64,000 nucleotides of DNA, taken from NCBI GenBank assembly GCA_934464585.1, contig CAKSJY010000004.1, positions 8,092-72,091 of the forward strand, given 5' to 3'. Positions 1 to 10,166 of this stretch are shown piece after piece; the first letter of the stretch is position 1, and every line of letters starts with the position of its first letter. Under the pieces are notes generated by a model. That model made no database searches. It saw only the letters and a list, made by a program, of their open reading frames with translations, and had not been told where the DNA came from. The translations under genes and the position numbers were made by a program. The DNA comes from an uncultured Eubacteriales bacterium (GTDB lineage: Bacteria > Bacillota > Clostridia > Oscillospirales > Acutalibacteraceae).

Positions 1-1
1 A

Positions 2-925
2 ATTTCTTTATTCTGTAATGTAAAGCCTGACTGTGTAATCGAAAACTTAGATGTCCCTGTATTATATCAAGCACCATTAATGCTTGAAAAGAATCATTTT
101 TCTGATATTGTCTGCCGTGAACTTTCTTTAAATACTCCGGCTTGCGACTTAACCGAATGGAAAAATATGCTTAAGAGAATAGACGAAAGAAATAAAAAAG
201 TTAAGATTGCTATTGTAGGAAAATATGTCCAGCTACATGATGCTTACCTATCTGTTGCTGAGGCTCTATATCATGGCGGATTTGAAAATAGTGCTGCTAT
301 TGATATAAAATGGGTTGACTCTGAATTAGTAACAACTTATACTGTCGAAGATCTATTATCTGATTGTGACGGTATCCTTATACCGGGAGGTTTTGGCGAT
401 AGAGGAATCGATGGAAAAATTGAAGCTACAAAATATGCAAGAGAAAATAATATACCTTACCTCGGAATTTGCTTAGGTATGCAGACTGCTGTAATTGAAT
501 TTGCTAAAAATGTATTAGGTCTAAAAGATGCAAACTCAAGAGAATTCTCCGAAGACAGTGAAAATTGTGTAATTGACCTTATGCCAGATCAACAAGGCAA
601 TCTTCCAAAGGGCGGTACAATGAGACTTGGAACATATCCTTGTAAAATTAAGTCGGGCACAATTCTTGAAAGAGCATATGGTTCAACTGAAATAAATGAA
701 CGCCATCGTCACAGATATGAATTTAATAACAGTTTTAGGGAAGAATTAGAAAAAGCCGGACTTTGTGTTTCAGGTACATCACCAAATGGAATGCTTGTTG
801 AGGCTGTTGAAATACCTAAAAATAAATTTTTTGTCGGAGTACAGTATCACCCTGAATTCAAGAGCAGACCAAATCATGCTCATCCACTATTTAAAGAATT
901 CATCAAAGCAGCTATAGGAGATTAA
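2..925 (+). CDS. pyrG: CTP synthase, C-terminal glutamine amidotransferase part (5' end lies outside the window)
   Basis: The frame is open from position 2 ([26 protein letters not shown]...). It contains the GATase motifs GICLGMQ and HRHRYEFN and the tail [15 protein letters not shown] typical of PyrG. Confidence 0.9.
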   Translation: MSLFCNVKPDCVIENLDVPVLYQAPLMLEKNHFSDIVCRELSLNTPACDLTEWKNMLKRIDERNKKVKIAIVGKYVQLHDAYLSVAEALYHGGFENSAAIDIKWVDSELVTTYTVEDLLSDCDGILIPGGFGDRGIDGKIEATKYARENNIPYLGICLGMQTAVIEFAKNVLGLKDANSREFSEDSENCVIDLMPDQQGNLPKGGTMRLGTYPCKIKSGTILERAYGSTEINERHRHRYEFNNSFREELEKAGLCVSGTSPNGMLVEAVEIPKNKFFVGVQYHPEFKSRPNHAHPLFKEFIKAAIGD

Positions 926-927
926 TT

Positions 928-2115
928 ATGAACATAAACTCTAACTATTTAAATTTAAAAGAAAGCTACCTATTTTCTACAATTGCAAAAAAAGTAAATG
1001 AGTTTACCTCATCCAATCCAGATGCTGATATCATTCGCCTTGGAATCGGCGATGTTACAAAGCCACTTTGCCCCGCTGTAATAGATGCAATGCATGCCGC
1101 TGTCTCTGAAATGGGTAAAGCGGAAACCTTCCACGGTTATGGCCCTGAACAAGGCTACGACTTTCTTCGCAATGCTGTGAAAGATTATTATAAAAAGCAC
1201 AATGTTTGTCTTGAACAAAACGAAATATTTATAGGAGACGGAGCTAAAAGTGATGTCGGAAATATACTAGACATCCTTTCTACCGATAATACTGTCCTAA
1301 TTCCTGACCCTGTTTATCCTGTTTATGTAGATACAAATACCATGGCCGGAAGAAAAATAGTTTATATGAATGCAAATGAAAAAAATGGTTTTCTTCCTCT
1401 TCCTGATTATAATATTAAAGCGGATATTATCTACTTGTGTTCCCCAAACAATCCTACCGGAGCTGTATATAGCCGAGAAGATCTAAAAAAGTGGGTTGAT
1501 TACGCTATTGATAACAATGCTATAATTCTATTTGATGCAGCATATGAAGCATTTATAAGCGACCCTACCCTCCCTCATAGTATTTATGAAATTGATGGTG
1601 CAAAACGATGTGCAATAGAATTTTGTTCGCTTTCTAAAACAGCCGGATTTACCGGTACAAGATGTGGCTACACTATCGTACCAATGGACATTGAATCAGA
1701 TAATGTTAAATTAAACAAACTTTGGTTAAGAAGACAAACAACTAAATTTAACGGTGTTTCATATATTGTTCAAAGAGGTGCACTAGCTGTATTCTCTGAA
1801 GATGGTCAAAAACAAATAAAAGGCACTATTGAATACTACAAAGAGAACGCTAGAATTATGGCAGAAGCCTTAAAAGACTTAGGCATTTGGTTTACAGGTG
1901 GAGTTAACTCTCCATATATATGGTTAAAGTGTCCTCTTGGTATGTCATCTTGGGAATTCTTCGATTTTCTACTTAAAGAGGTTAATGTTGTTGGTACTCC
2001 CGGTGAAGGTTTCGGAGAAAATGGTAAAGACTTTTTCAGGCTAACTGCCTTCGGAGACCGTGAAGCTACAAAAGAAGCCGTTTCCAGAATTAAAAATAAA
2101 TTACAAAACAACTAA
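928..2115 (+). CDS. dapL: LL-diaminopimelate aminotransferase (class I aminotransferase)
   Basis: 395 aa. The N-terminus [18 protein letters not shown] and the PLP-lysine context [16 protein letters not shown] match my recollection of DapL-type enzymes. The start lies 3 nt after the pyrG stop. Confidence 0.8.
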   Translation: MNINSNYLNLKESYLFSTIAKKVNEFTSSNPDADIIRLGIGDVTKPLCPAVIDAMHAAVSEMGKAETFHGYGPEQGYDFLRNAVKDYYKKHNVCLEQNEIFIGDGAKSDVGNILDILSTDNTVLIPDPVYPVYVDTNTMAGRKIVYMNANEKNGFLPLPDYNIKADIIYLCSPNNPTGAVYSREDLKKWVDYAIDNNAIILFDAAYEAFISDPTLPHSIYEIDGAKRCAIEFCSLSKTAGFTGTRCGYTIVPMDIESDNVKLNKLWLRRQTTKFNGVSYIVQRGALAVFSEDGQKQIKGTIEYYKENARIMAEALKDLGIWFTGGVNSPYIWLKCPLGMSSWEFFDFLLKEVNVVGTPGEGFGENGKDFFRLTAFGDREATKEAVSRIKNKLQNN

Positions 2116-2198
2116 CTTATTTATATGTTTTTAGAAATATTTCATAGTGAAAATACACTTTCGCTATGAAAATTTCTTTTAATAGGAGGTATATCTCA

Positions 2199-3683
2199 AT
2201 GAAAAAAATGACAAGAGCATTAGCCTTGCTGCTAGTTTTGATAATTCCCCTTTCATTTATATGTTCTTGTTCCAACAACACTTCGCAAAATCACACTTCA
2301 CCAAGCTCAAGTTCAAACGGTGAATATGATATTACACTATACAACTTTAAGCCGGAAATGCAATCATTCTATAGAGAAATTTGCGAATACTATACAAGCG
2401 AAACCGGAGTTAAAATTAGATTTATAGAATCAGACCCTACCAAAACAAACATAGAAAATATTCGTTCTTTAATGGATTCTTTCGATAGACCTAACATCTT
2501 TACTATTCAGGGTTTAAGTGAACTACAAGAACTTAACAAAGATAATATTGTACTAAATTTGAACAACGCACCCGGAGAAAAATTCAAAGATTTTACAAGT
2601 GAAATTCCAGATGATCTTAGGCTTGCAACCGATAACTACAGCAATTATGGAATTCCCTACAATATAGAAGGTTACGGTTATTTAGCGGACAAGCAAATGC
2701 TTTGTGACTTATTCGGACTTGAAGATTGTTCCACATTTTGTTCTGACTTAAAAGCTAGTACTTATAATGAATTTAAAGAACTTGTTTTGTCTGCTGATAG
2801 ATATATTACAAGCGGTGCTGTTAGCACCATTGTATTAAACGGAAATAAATACACCTTCGCTCCAACAAAAACAGACTTATCACAAAATCTTAAATCTGTA
2901 TTCTCTGTTGCAGGTGCCGATGAATGGACATATACTGACCACATGATAAATATTGCTCTTTGCTCACTTTTTGACTCACAATATGATGCAAGCAAGGCCT
3001 CTCAAATAGATAAGCTTAGAGACCCTCTTATTAAATATGCCAAAGCCCTTGACCTTAAAACAACATATGCAAATATTCCACGTGGAAATGATTTTATTGC
3101 GGATTCTAACAATTATCAAAGTGCAATCGCAAACTTTGCTAATGGAAAATCTTTATTTATAAAACAAGGCAACTGGGCATATAACGATATAAGCAAAAAT
3201 AACAGTGAATCTGCAAAAAGGTTAACTATATTCCCTGTTAAACTTCCTTTTGAAAGTACTGATATTGGAAACAAAGACATGAGTGTCGATAAAATTAATA
3301 GTTCTATCGCAATTTATGTTCCTATGTACTATTCTATAAATGCAGATTCATCTGAATTAGAGCTAAAACTTTCAGAGGACTTTTTACTTTGGCTCAACAC
3401 TTCAGAATATGCCAAAAATAAATTAATAGAAGATTTTAATACTATTCCGAGTGATATAAATACTTATTATCACCTTGACAACAACCTCAATAATGAAATA
3501 CTATCATACAAAAAATCTAATAATTATATTTCGGCCCCATATCTTGGTGCACCATACTTATGGAAAGAAAACTTAGGTGGAAAAATAAAAGAAGAATATC
3601 TAACAAAACCTGATTGGAGTTCAGATGATTATCAATCTATTGCTGATCTCGCTATCTCAGAATGGAATTCTCTAAGAAAATAA
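2199..3683 (+). CDS. ABC transporter extracellular solute-binding lipoprotein (sugar-type)
   Basis: ATG at 2199 follows the RBS AGGAGG. The signal peptide carries a lipobox-like SFICSC. The size (about 490 aa) and composition fit family-1 solute-binding proteins. No permease gene is adjacent. Confidence 0.65.
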   Translation: MKKMTRALALLLVLIIPLSFICSCSNNTSQNHTSPSSSSNGEYDITLYNFKPEMQSFYREICEYYTSETGVKIRFIESDPTKTNIENIRSLMDSFDRPNIFTIQGLSELQELNKDNIVLNLNNAPGEKFKDFTSEIPDDLRLATDNYSNYGIPYNIEGYGYLADKQMLCDLFGLEDCSTFCSDLKASTYNEFKELVLSADRYITSGAVSTIVLNGNKYTFAPTKTDLSQNLKSVFSVAGADEWTYTDHMINIALCSLFDSQYDASKASQIDKLRDPLIKYAKALDLKTTYANIPRGNDFIADSNNYQSAIANFANGKSLFIKQGNWAYNDISKNNSESAKRLTIFPVKLPFESTDIGNKDMSVDKINSSIAIYVPMYYSINADSSELELKLSEDFLLWLNTSEYAKNKLIEDFNTIPSDINTYYHLDNNLNNEILSYKKSNNYISAPYLGAPYLWKENLGGKIKEEYLTKPDWSSDDYQSIADLAISEWNSLRK

Positions 3684-3761
3684 TATTTTTCCAATGAATA
3701 TTTAACTTCAAAATTGAAATAATAAAATCCTGCCAAACTAAATTTGGGAGGATTTTATTTT

Positions 3762-3953
3762 ATGAAAAATTATAAAAATGATCTTGATATACCAATGGGA
3801 TTAAATATGGCATTAGCTAAAAACATATCTGCTATGAATTACTTTTCTTCACTTACACCTAGCAAAAAACGGGAAATTATTAATGGAACACACAATATTC
3901 ATTCAAAAGAAGAAATGCACCAATATGTCGATACATTAATGGATAACTTTTAA
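3762..3953 (+). CDS. small hypothetical protein (63 aa)
   Basis: ATG at 3762 lies 8 nt after GGAGG. The longer ORF-track start at 3744 falls inside the upstream hairpin. No family was recognised. Confidence 0.4.
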   Translation: MKNYKNDLDIPMGLNMALAKNISAMNYFSSLTPSKKREIINGTHNIHSKEEMHQYVDTLMDNF

Positions 3954-3985
3954 TAGTTTTTGCAATAAGATCTCAAAACAAAGTC

Positions 3986-4024
3986 AAAAAAGCACTTCTT
4001 ATCAAAATAGTAGAAGTGCTTTTG
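3986..4024. terminator. bidirectional rho-independent terminator
   Basis: 9-bp stem AGCACTTCT/AGAAGTGCT (3991-3999 and 4012-4020) flanked by an A-run and a T-run. It lies between convergent genes. Confidence 0.6.
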
Positions 4025-4040
4025 CAATATTTTATTTTTG

Positions 4041-4307
4041 TTAGCCCTCTTCTTTTGGATCATCATATCCCTCAATCAATGTGTACATGGAAACCTTTAG
4101 TATCTTTGAAAGCATAAAAAGTTCAATATCTGTTGCTATCCTTGTTTGACCTTCCAGTTTAGAAAGTGCTGTTGCATTCATATCGACTCCATTAACCTGT
4201 AGTTGTGCCAATAATTCCTTTTGCTTTATACCCTTAGACTTTCTTATTCTCTCTACATTGGCACCTATCAAGTTGCTTGTTCCAAGTTCCTTTTGTCTTA
4301 ATCTCAT
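4041..4307 (-). CDS. XRE-family helix-turn-helix transcriptional regulator
   Basis: 88 aa with an HTH_3-like core (IGANVERIRKSKGIKQKELLAQL). It is divergent from the pncA-pncB pair. Confidence 0.75.
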   Translation of the reverse strand: MRLRQKELGTSNLIGANVERIRKSKGIKQKELLAQLQVNGVDMNATALSKLEGQTRIATDIELFMLSKILKVSMYTLIEGYDDPKEEG

Positions 4308-4435
4308 TATGTTTTCACCATCCTCAAAATGTCATTATTTTTCTTTATAAGAATAAAAAATTTTCCATTTTCCTGTATACTAATATTTCATGTAGTTTAT
4401 TATTATCACATATTGCTATTAAAAGGAGTATAACT

Positions 4436-5101
4436 ATGAACAAACAAATGTTTCTAGATAAATCTCTTAACTCAATATCTAATATATATGATACTATCTA
4501 TAATCAAAATTCTATTAATCTATCGTCTTATAAACCAAATGAGACTGCTATAATTATTATAGATATGTTAAACGGTTTTGTAAAGTGTGGTAATTTAAAA
4601 AATGGAAGAAATATCGAAATAAACGATAAAATAGCAAATTTTTTAAAAAAAGTAACTGAATTAAAAATTCCAAAGGTATTTCTAGCAGACTCCCACACTG
4701 AATCAAGTACTGAGTTTTCATCTTTTCCAAATCATTGTGTTAAAAATACTTTTGAGGCTCAGGTAACAAAAGAAATCGCTGAAATTAACGACTATCATTT
4801 CATAGAAAAGAATTCTACAAATGGCTTTTTTGCCCCTGGTTTTATAAGTTGGTTAAAAAATAACAAACATATAAATAATTTTATAGTTATAGGCGTTTGT
4901 ACAGATATATGTATACAACAATTTTGCCTTACATTAAAAGCCTATTTTAACCAAATAAACAGTCAGAAAAGTGTCTTTGTACCTATCGATTTAGTCGAAA
5001 CATACACCGATGAATTACGCGATGCAGGACTTGCCAACCTGATGTCACTTTACAATATGTATATAAACGGAATCAAAATCGTCTCTGAAATAGAATATTA
5101 G
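4436..5101 (+). CDS. pncA: isochorismatase-family cysteine hydrolase, probable nicotinamidase
   Basis: ATG at 4436 follows AAAGGAG. Motifs IIIDMLNGF (Asp) and VIGVCTDICIQQ (nucleophilic Cys) are present. It lies directly upstream of pncB. The ORF-track N-terminal extension (4277-4435) looks spurious. Confidence 0.7.
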   Translation: MNKQMFLDKSLNSISNIYDTIYNQNSINLSSYKPNETAIIIIDMLNGFVKCGNLKNGRNIEINDKIANFLKKVTELKIPKVFLADSHTESSTEFSSFPNHCVKNTFEAQVTKEIAEINDYHFIEKNSTNGFFAPGFISWLKNNKHINNFIVIGVCTDICIQQFCLTLKAYFNQINSQKSVFVPIDLVETYTDELRDAGLANLMSLYNMYINGIKIVSEIEY

Positions 5102-5115
5102 GAAGTGTTAATATC

Positions 5116-6570
5116 TTGGATAAATGCTACAATATAAAAAAGAACTATTCAATGTTGATGGATTTTTACGAATTAACTATGGCTAATGGATATTTCGAGA
5201 ACGGCCTTAAAGATAAAATTGTATATTTTGATATGTTTTTTAGGAAAATTCCTGACCAAGGCGGATTTGCTATTATGGCCGGACTTGAGCAGTTAATTGA
5301 ATATCTACAAAATCTTCATTTTGATGAAAATGATATTGAATTTTTACGCTCAAAATCGATATTTAATGAGAAATTTTTAAATTATCTTGAAAATTTTAAT
5401 TTTTCCTGCGATATGTGGGCTGTACCTGAAGGTACCCCAATCTTTCCGGACGAGCCTATTGTTACTGTTAAAGGCCCATTAATCCAAGCCCAACTTATAG
5501 AAACAATGCTTCTTTTATGTATTAACCACCAAAGTCTAGTTGCAACTAAGGCAAATAGAATTGTACGTGCTGCTAAAGGTCGCCTCATTTCTGAATTTGG
5601 TTCAAGAAGGGCTCAGGGAGGAGATGCAGCTATATATGGTGCCCGTGCTGCATATATAGGAGGATGCGACAGCACCGCATGCACCTATTCGGATGAATAT
5701 TTAGGTGTACCATCCGGAGGGACTATGGCTCACAGTTGGGTTCAACTGTTCGATTCTGAAATTGATGCCTTTAGAGCATATGCTAAACTATACCCTAATA
5801 ATTGCGTTTTTCTTGTAGACACATACAACACCTTAAAATCAGGTATACCAAATGCCATTAAAATATTTAACGAAGAAATTATTCCTCATGGTTTCCGGCC
5901 AAAGGCTATTAGAATAGACAGCGGTGATATTACCTATCTATCTATTAAAGCAAGGAAAATGCTTGATGATGCCGGATTTAAAGATTGTAAAATTCTAGCG
6001 TCGAATTCCTTAAATGAAAACCTAATTACAACTATGCTTGATCAAGGCGCACCAATCGATATGTTTGGAGTTGGAGAACAACTTATAACATCTGCTTCCG
6101 AACCTGTTTTTGGCGGTGTATATAAGCTTGTTGCTGTAGAGCAAAATGGTGAAATTATCCCTAAAATCAAGATAAGCGAAAATGTCTCTAAAATAACAAC
6201 ACCATGTGTTAAAGAACTATGGAGATTATTTGATAATGATACCAACAAGGCTATAGCTGATGTTATCACCTTTAACGATGAAGTTATTGATGATTCAAAA
6301 CCTTACAAAATATTTGACCCTAAATTTACCTGGAAACAAAAAACAATAACCAATTTCAAAGCCGTTAAAATTAGAAAGAGGATATTTTCAAACGGTAAGT
6401 TATGTTATAATAAACCAAGTATTTACGAGATTAGGCAATCGTGCAAAGAACAAGTTTCCCTTTTATGGAGCGAAGTAAAGCGGTTCGAAAATCCCCACAA
6501 ATATTATGTAGATTTATCTGAAAAACTATGGACAGAAAAGCAAAAATTAATTAACAAAAATATGATATGA
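5116..6570 (+). CDS. pncB: nicotinate phosphoribosyltransferase
   Basis: LMDFYELTMANGY, GSRRAQG and SGGTMAHSWVQ are characteristic NAPRTase motifs. The start is uncertain (TTG at 5116 or ATG at 5152). Confidence 0.9.
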   Translation: MDKCYNIKKNYSMLMDFYELTMANGYFENGLKDKIVYFDMFFRKIPDQGGFAIMAGLEQLIEYLQNLHFDENDIEFLRSKSIFNEKFLNYLENFNFSCDMWAVPEGTPIFPDEPIVTVKGPLIQAQLIETMLLLCINHQSLVATKANRIVRAAKGRLISEFGSRRAQGGDAAIYGARAAYIGGCDSTACTYSDEYLGVPSGGTMAHSWVQLFDSEIDAFRAYAKLYPNNCVFLVDTYNTLKSGIPNAIKIFNEEIIPHGFRPKAIRIDSGDITYLSIKARKMLDDAGFKDCKILASNSLNENLITTMLDQGAPIDMFGVGEQLITSASEPVFGGVYKLVAVEQNGEIIPKIKISENVSKITTPCVKELWRLFDNDTNKAIADVITFNDEVIDDSKPYKIFDPKFTWKQKTITNFKAVKIRKRIFSNGKLCYNKPSIYEIRQSCKEQVSLLWSEVKRFENPHKYYVDLSEKLWTEKQKLINKNMI

Positions 6571-6589
6571 AACAAACTGGAGGTTGCCT

Positions 6590-7447
6590 ATGTCTGCTAA
6601 AATATTGTTAAGTGCTGACAGCACTTGCGACCTAGGAGAAAATTTAAAAAAGAAATATAACGTAAACTATTACCCTTTTTACGTTATAATAGATAATAAG
6701 CAATATTATGATGGGGTTGATATTACTCCTGAAGAAATATATAAAATTTACGATGAAAAGAATATATTACCAAAAACCGCAGCCAGCGGTGTTGGAGATT
6801 ATATAAATCATTTTAAGCCCTGGATAGATCAAGGATATGAAATTATACACATAAATATTGGTTCCGGACTTTCTTCATCATACCAAAATTGCTGCCTTGC
6901 TGCTAAAGAATTTGGTGGTAAATTATACCCCATCGATTCATGTAATCTTTCTTCCGGAACAGGTCTTTTGGTAATTGAGGCTGCAAAAAGAATTGAACAA
7001 GGCATGTCAGCAAGTCAAATTCAAAAAGAAATATCTGAATTAACAAGTAAGGTTGAGTCAAGTTTTGTTATTGATACATTAAAATTCTTACACGCAGGAG
7101 GAAGATGTTCCTCTGTAGCTGCATTGGGAGCTAATTTACTAAAATTAAGACCATGCATTGAAGTTAACAACCATGACGGAAGCATGAAAGTCGGCAAAAA
7201 ATACCGCGGAGACTACGACAAAGTTCTTTTGCAATATGTAAATGATAGAATCAAAGGAAGAACTGATATACAAAACGATAATATATTTATAACACACTCA
7301 GGAGTTTCTGATAAAAAGCTATCCGCAGTTAAAGAAGAATTGCTAAAACTTCATGACTTTAGAAATATACACATAACTAAAGCGAGCTGTACTATTTCAG
7401 CACACTGTGGTCCTAACACACTTGGATTATTGTTTATAAAAAAATAA
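6590..7447 (+). CDS. DegV family fatty-acid-binding protein
   Basis: The N-terminus ILLSADSTCDL and the motif LHAGGRCS are DegV hallmarks. ATG at 6590 lies 7 nt after GGAGG. Confidence 0.85.
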   Translation: MSAKILLSADSTCDLGENLKKKYNVNYYPFYVIIDNKQYYDGVDITPEEIYKIYDEKNILPKTAASGVGDYINHFKPWIDQGYEIIHINIGSGLSSSYQNCCLAAKEFGGKLYPIDSCNLSSGTGLLVIEAAKRIEQGMSASQIQKEISELTSKVESSFVIDTLKFLHAGGRCSSVAALGANLLKLRPCIEVNNHDGSMKVGKKYRGDYDKVLLQYVNDRIKGRTDIQNDNIFITHSGVSDKKLSAVKEELLKLHDFRNIHITKASCTISAHCGPNTLGLLFIKK

Positions 7448-7542
7448 TCGGCAAATTTAATTTTGCACTTAACTAACGGGCCGATTTGTTGTATTATATA
7501 TGTATGGATTAAATATCCCTTAGAACCTAGGAGTGATTATAT

Positions 7543-8316
7543 TTGGAAAAAAATTTTAACATTGTAATAGACGGCGTGGAAAAAGCACTCGCAAACAGAG
7601 GATTTGAAAAACAATTATCCGATTCTCAAACTGAAGTTTTATTTGTAAATAATGAAATTGCTTATTCTGTAAGTTATGACAGTACTAATAAACAATTTCA
7701 TCTAAAAAGTTGTAGCGTAGCTGATAATACACCTGATAAAAATTGGAAAAACATGTCTTCTTGGCTTTTTGACCCTGAAACCAGTACAAAACGTGATGCT
7801 GAATACATAGCTGATGACTTTTCTAATTCATTGAAAGGTCCTAAAAAGCCAGTAGTTCAGGCTCCAAAAAAGAAGAAAGACAATGATAATAAAGTTGATA
7901 TACTATTTTTAATGAATAGATTTGCAAATATTTTTCCCGATCTTAAAGATGAAATAAAGTATGAAAGAGAAAATTATTCAACTTTCAGAATGGTTACGTT
8001 TACTGAAGACAAGCTTCTACCAAGAATTAATATGTTTTTGCTTCAAAATAGTAGTTTAAAACAACTTAAAAAATTCTGTAATATTCTAAGCGATACCTAT
8101 GCTTCTGGAGACCTAGATGTAAAGTCTGTAATAACTATATTGATATTAAATAACATTAAGGATGAGAAACAGGCTGAAAATGTTAGAAAAGGAATTAGTG
8201 ATGAACTTCAAAGAGCATGGAATGAGGCTATTAAAATCAAAGATAAAAATATAAAGCCCGAAAAGCCTAAAAAATCAAAGAAAAACTTTATGGCTGATAC
8301 TCTTCTAAACAAGTAA
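7543..8316 (+). CDS. hypothetical protein with Lys-rich linkers
   Basis: 257-aa ORF with a TTG start after AGGAG. It has no TM segment and no recognised domain. Confidence 0.45.
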   Translation: MEKNFNIVIDGVEKALANRGFEKQLSDSQTEVLFVNNEIAYSVSYDSTNKQFHLKSCSVADNTPDKNWKNMSSWLFDPETSTKRDAEYIADDFSNSLKGPKKPVVQAPKKKKDNDNKVDILFLMNRFANIFPDLKDEIKYERENYSTFRMVTFTEDKLLPRINMFLLQNSSLKQLKKFCNILSDTYASGDLDVKSVITILILNNIKDEKQAENVRKGISDELQRAWNEAIKIKDKNIKPEKPKKSKKNFMADTLLNK

Positions 8317-8349
8317 CTAGTTTAAAGAATAATCTAAGGAGAGGTTTTT

Positions 8350-8652
8350 ATGGAAATTACTGTTAAGACTAATGATAACTTTATTATAATATCACCTAAA
8401 GGTCGGCTAGATTCAACTACTTCCGGTGATTTTGAAAAGGAATTAGGTAAATATACAAATAAGCTTAAATTCAAGGTTATTGTCGATTGTGCTGACCTAA
8501 CATATATAAGTAGTGCAGGTTTGCGTGTACTTTTAGCTGCTCAAAAGCAGGCTATTGAACTTGTAGGTAACTTTACTATTATAAATGTAACCCCTCAAAT
8601 TATGGAGATATTTAATATGACCGGGTTTTCAGACTTTTTAACTATAAAATAA
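8350..8652 (+). CDS. STAS-domain anti-sigma-factor antagonist
   Basis: 100 aa. The motif DCADLTYISSAGLRVLL matches the SpoIIAA/RsbV phosphoserine loop. RBS is AGGAGAGG. Confidence 0.8.
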   Translation: MEITVKTNDNFIIISPKGRLDSTTSGDFEKELGKYTNKLKFKVIVDCADLTYISSAGLRVLLAAQKQAIELVGNFTIINVTPQIMEIFNMTGFSDFLTIK

Positions 8653-8730
8653 AGCCTTTTATATATCATAAATAACTTGTAAAATTATAGAGGCAATTCC
8701 CTTTAAAGAGCAATTCATAAGAATATAGTA

Positions 8731-8773
8731 AATGCCAGCATTCTAAGAAAGATGCTGGCATTTATTTTTTTTT
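8731..8773 (+). terminator. rho-independent terminator
   Basis: 11-bp stem AATGCCAGCAT/ATGCTGGCATT followed by TATTTTTTTTT. Confidence 0.75.
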
Positions 8774-8811
8774 AATTTATGTATTACAATTACCGTTTAC
8801 ATTTAAGAATG

Positions 8812-9102
8812 TTATAATAAATCCACATAGTTCTTTGCTTCCGCTAAACTCATATGGTAATTTTCTTTTAATAATTTTATCGCTTGAATTTTTTCACCGG
8901 ATATCTTTAAATTAAGCATTTTCGCTTTATCCTCTTTATTAATATTATATATATTATACGCATCATCTCCAGCTTTCAAAGCTAGATCACTTAATTTCTT
9001 TTTTAATTCCATATTCTGTTTGCGCAAGCTATAAATACGCACAGAATATACACAAATCATAATTATAACGCCAATAAAAACCACAAAATTCATATAAACC
9101 AC
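8812..9102 (-). CDS. small membrane-anchored protein with a ribosomal L7/L12 C-terminal-like domain
   Basis: N-terminal TM segment (FVVFIGVIIMICVYSV). The C-terminus GEKIQAIKLLKENYHMSLAEAKNYVDLL resembles the L7/L12 C-terminal domain fold signature. Confidence 0.5.
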   Translation of the reverse strand: MVYMNFVVFIGVIIMICVYSVRIYSLRKQNMELKKKLSDLALKAGDDAYNIYNINKEDKAKMLNLKISGEKIQAIKLLKENYHMSLAEAKNYVDLL

Positions 9103-9202
9103 CTACAAAAATTATATATAGTTATGAAAATGTGATTTAAACATTCATAACCATTTATATTGTACTATAAAATGCTAAATTATGCAACAAAAACCTCATT
9201 GC

Positions 9203-9610
9203 TTATTTATAATCTTTATTAAATATTAAAACATATAAAATAGCATTAACTATCACGATTCCCACCAATAAAAATATAATCCAAGTCGGTGCCTTAAATA
9301 CTGATAAAATCAACATTATAACACACGTTTCATATAAACTTATATTATACATCCTTGAACCCGTTTTATAATGTATAATTTTATTTCTTTCATCATTTAC
9401 TTCTATATCTTTCAACCTCTTTCGCTCTGGATTTTTTCTTTCATACCAGTTCGAAAAGATACCTGCAATACCTGCCCCTAACAATCCTGTACCAAGTCCC
9501 AATATTAATCCAGAATATGTAAAATTATATATAAACCATAAATACACCCCAAATAATGTAACGATAATTCCCACTATTGACATAACATAATTAATAACTT
9601 TTTTTGTCAT
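9203..9610 (-). CDS. multi-pass membrane protein (DUF2178-like), paralog of 9828..10160
   Basis: 135 aa with about 4 hydrophobic segments. It has the conserved loop KNPERKRLKDIEVNDERNKIIHYKTG and sits in an operon-like arrangement behind a small XRE regulator. Confidence 0.55.
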   Translation of the reverse strand: MTKKVINYVMSIVGIIVTLFGVYLWFIYNFTYSGLILGLGTGLLGAGIAGIFSNWYERKNPERKRLKDIEVNDERNKIIHYKTGSRMYNISLYETCVIMLILSVFKAPTWIIFLLVGIVIVNAILYVLIFNKDYK

Positions 9611-9827
9611 AAAATCCCATCCTTATACTGTAATTATTTTTCTAAACTTAAATTTTTTTAATATTTCTCTTAATTGAGAAAATCTTTAACTTAATTCTAA
9701 AAGCTAAGTAAGCCACTAGAAAATTTTAGATTCAAAAGTTAAATTACTGTAATTTATAACTTTTCTTAAATATTAGCTGATATAAAATGCAATCACCCAT
9801 AACTAGAACCCATAATGAAATTTTAAT

Positions 9828-10160
9828 TCAAGCCGGCGCTCCAAGTATTATCGTAGCCAACATTATAACAGATAATATAACCACAGTTATCTTATACATC
9901 TTGAAACCTGTTTTATAATGTATAAGCTTATTCCTTTCATCATTTGATTCTATATCTTTCAACCTCTTATACTCAGGATTTTTTCTTCCATACCAATTCG
10001 AAATAATGCCTATAATACCTAATATGAACAATCCTGTACCCATCCCATAAATTGCCATAGGATAGGTAGACACATCAGCTACTCTAAGCCATAATATTCC
10101 AATCAACGCCATAATCGCTCCCACTACCGCCATAACATAATTAATAATTTTTTTTGACAT
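9828..10160 (-). CDS. truncated paralog of the 9203..9610 membrane protein
   Basis: The N-terminus MSKKIINYVMAVVGAIMALIG matches MTKKVINYVMSIVGIIVTLFG in the paralog. It ends at a TGA exactly where the paralog has Trp (APA* versus APTW). Recognisable remnants of the lost C-terminus continue to about 9743. Confidence 0.5.
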   Translation of the reverse strand: MSKKIINYVMAVVGAIMALIGILWLRVADVSTYPMAIYGMGTGLFILGIIGIISNWYGRKNPEYKRLKDIESNDERNKLIHYKTGFKMYKITVVILSVIMLATIILGAPA

Positions 10161-10166
10161 AAAACT

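Noticed and set aside
4277-4435. N-terminal 53-aa extension of the pncA ORF in the ORF track.
   Set aside because: The extension overlaps the divergent XRE gene start and promoter region and translates to hydrophobic, nonsense-like sequence. A good RBS precedes the internal ATG at 4436.
6478-6492. GGTTCGAAAATCC, which resembles a tRNA T-arm.
   Set aside because: It lies inside the pncB coding sequence and has no surrounding acceptor, D or anticodon stem complementarity.
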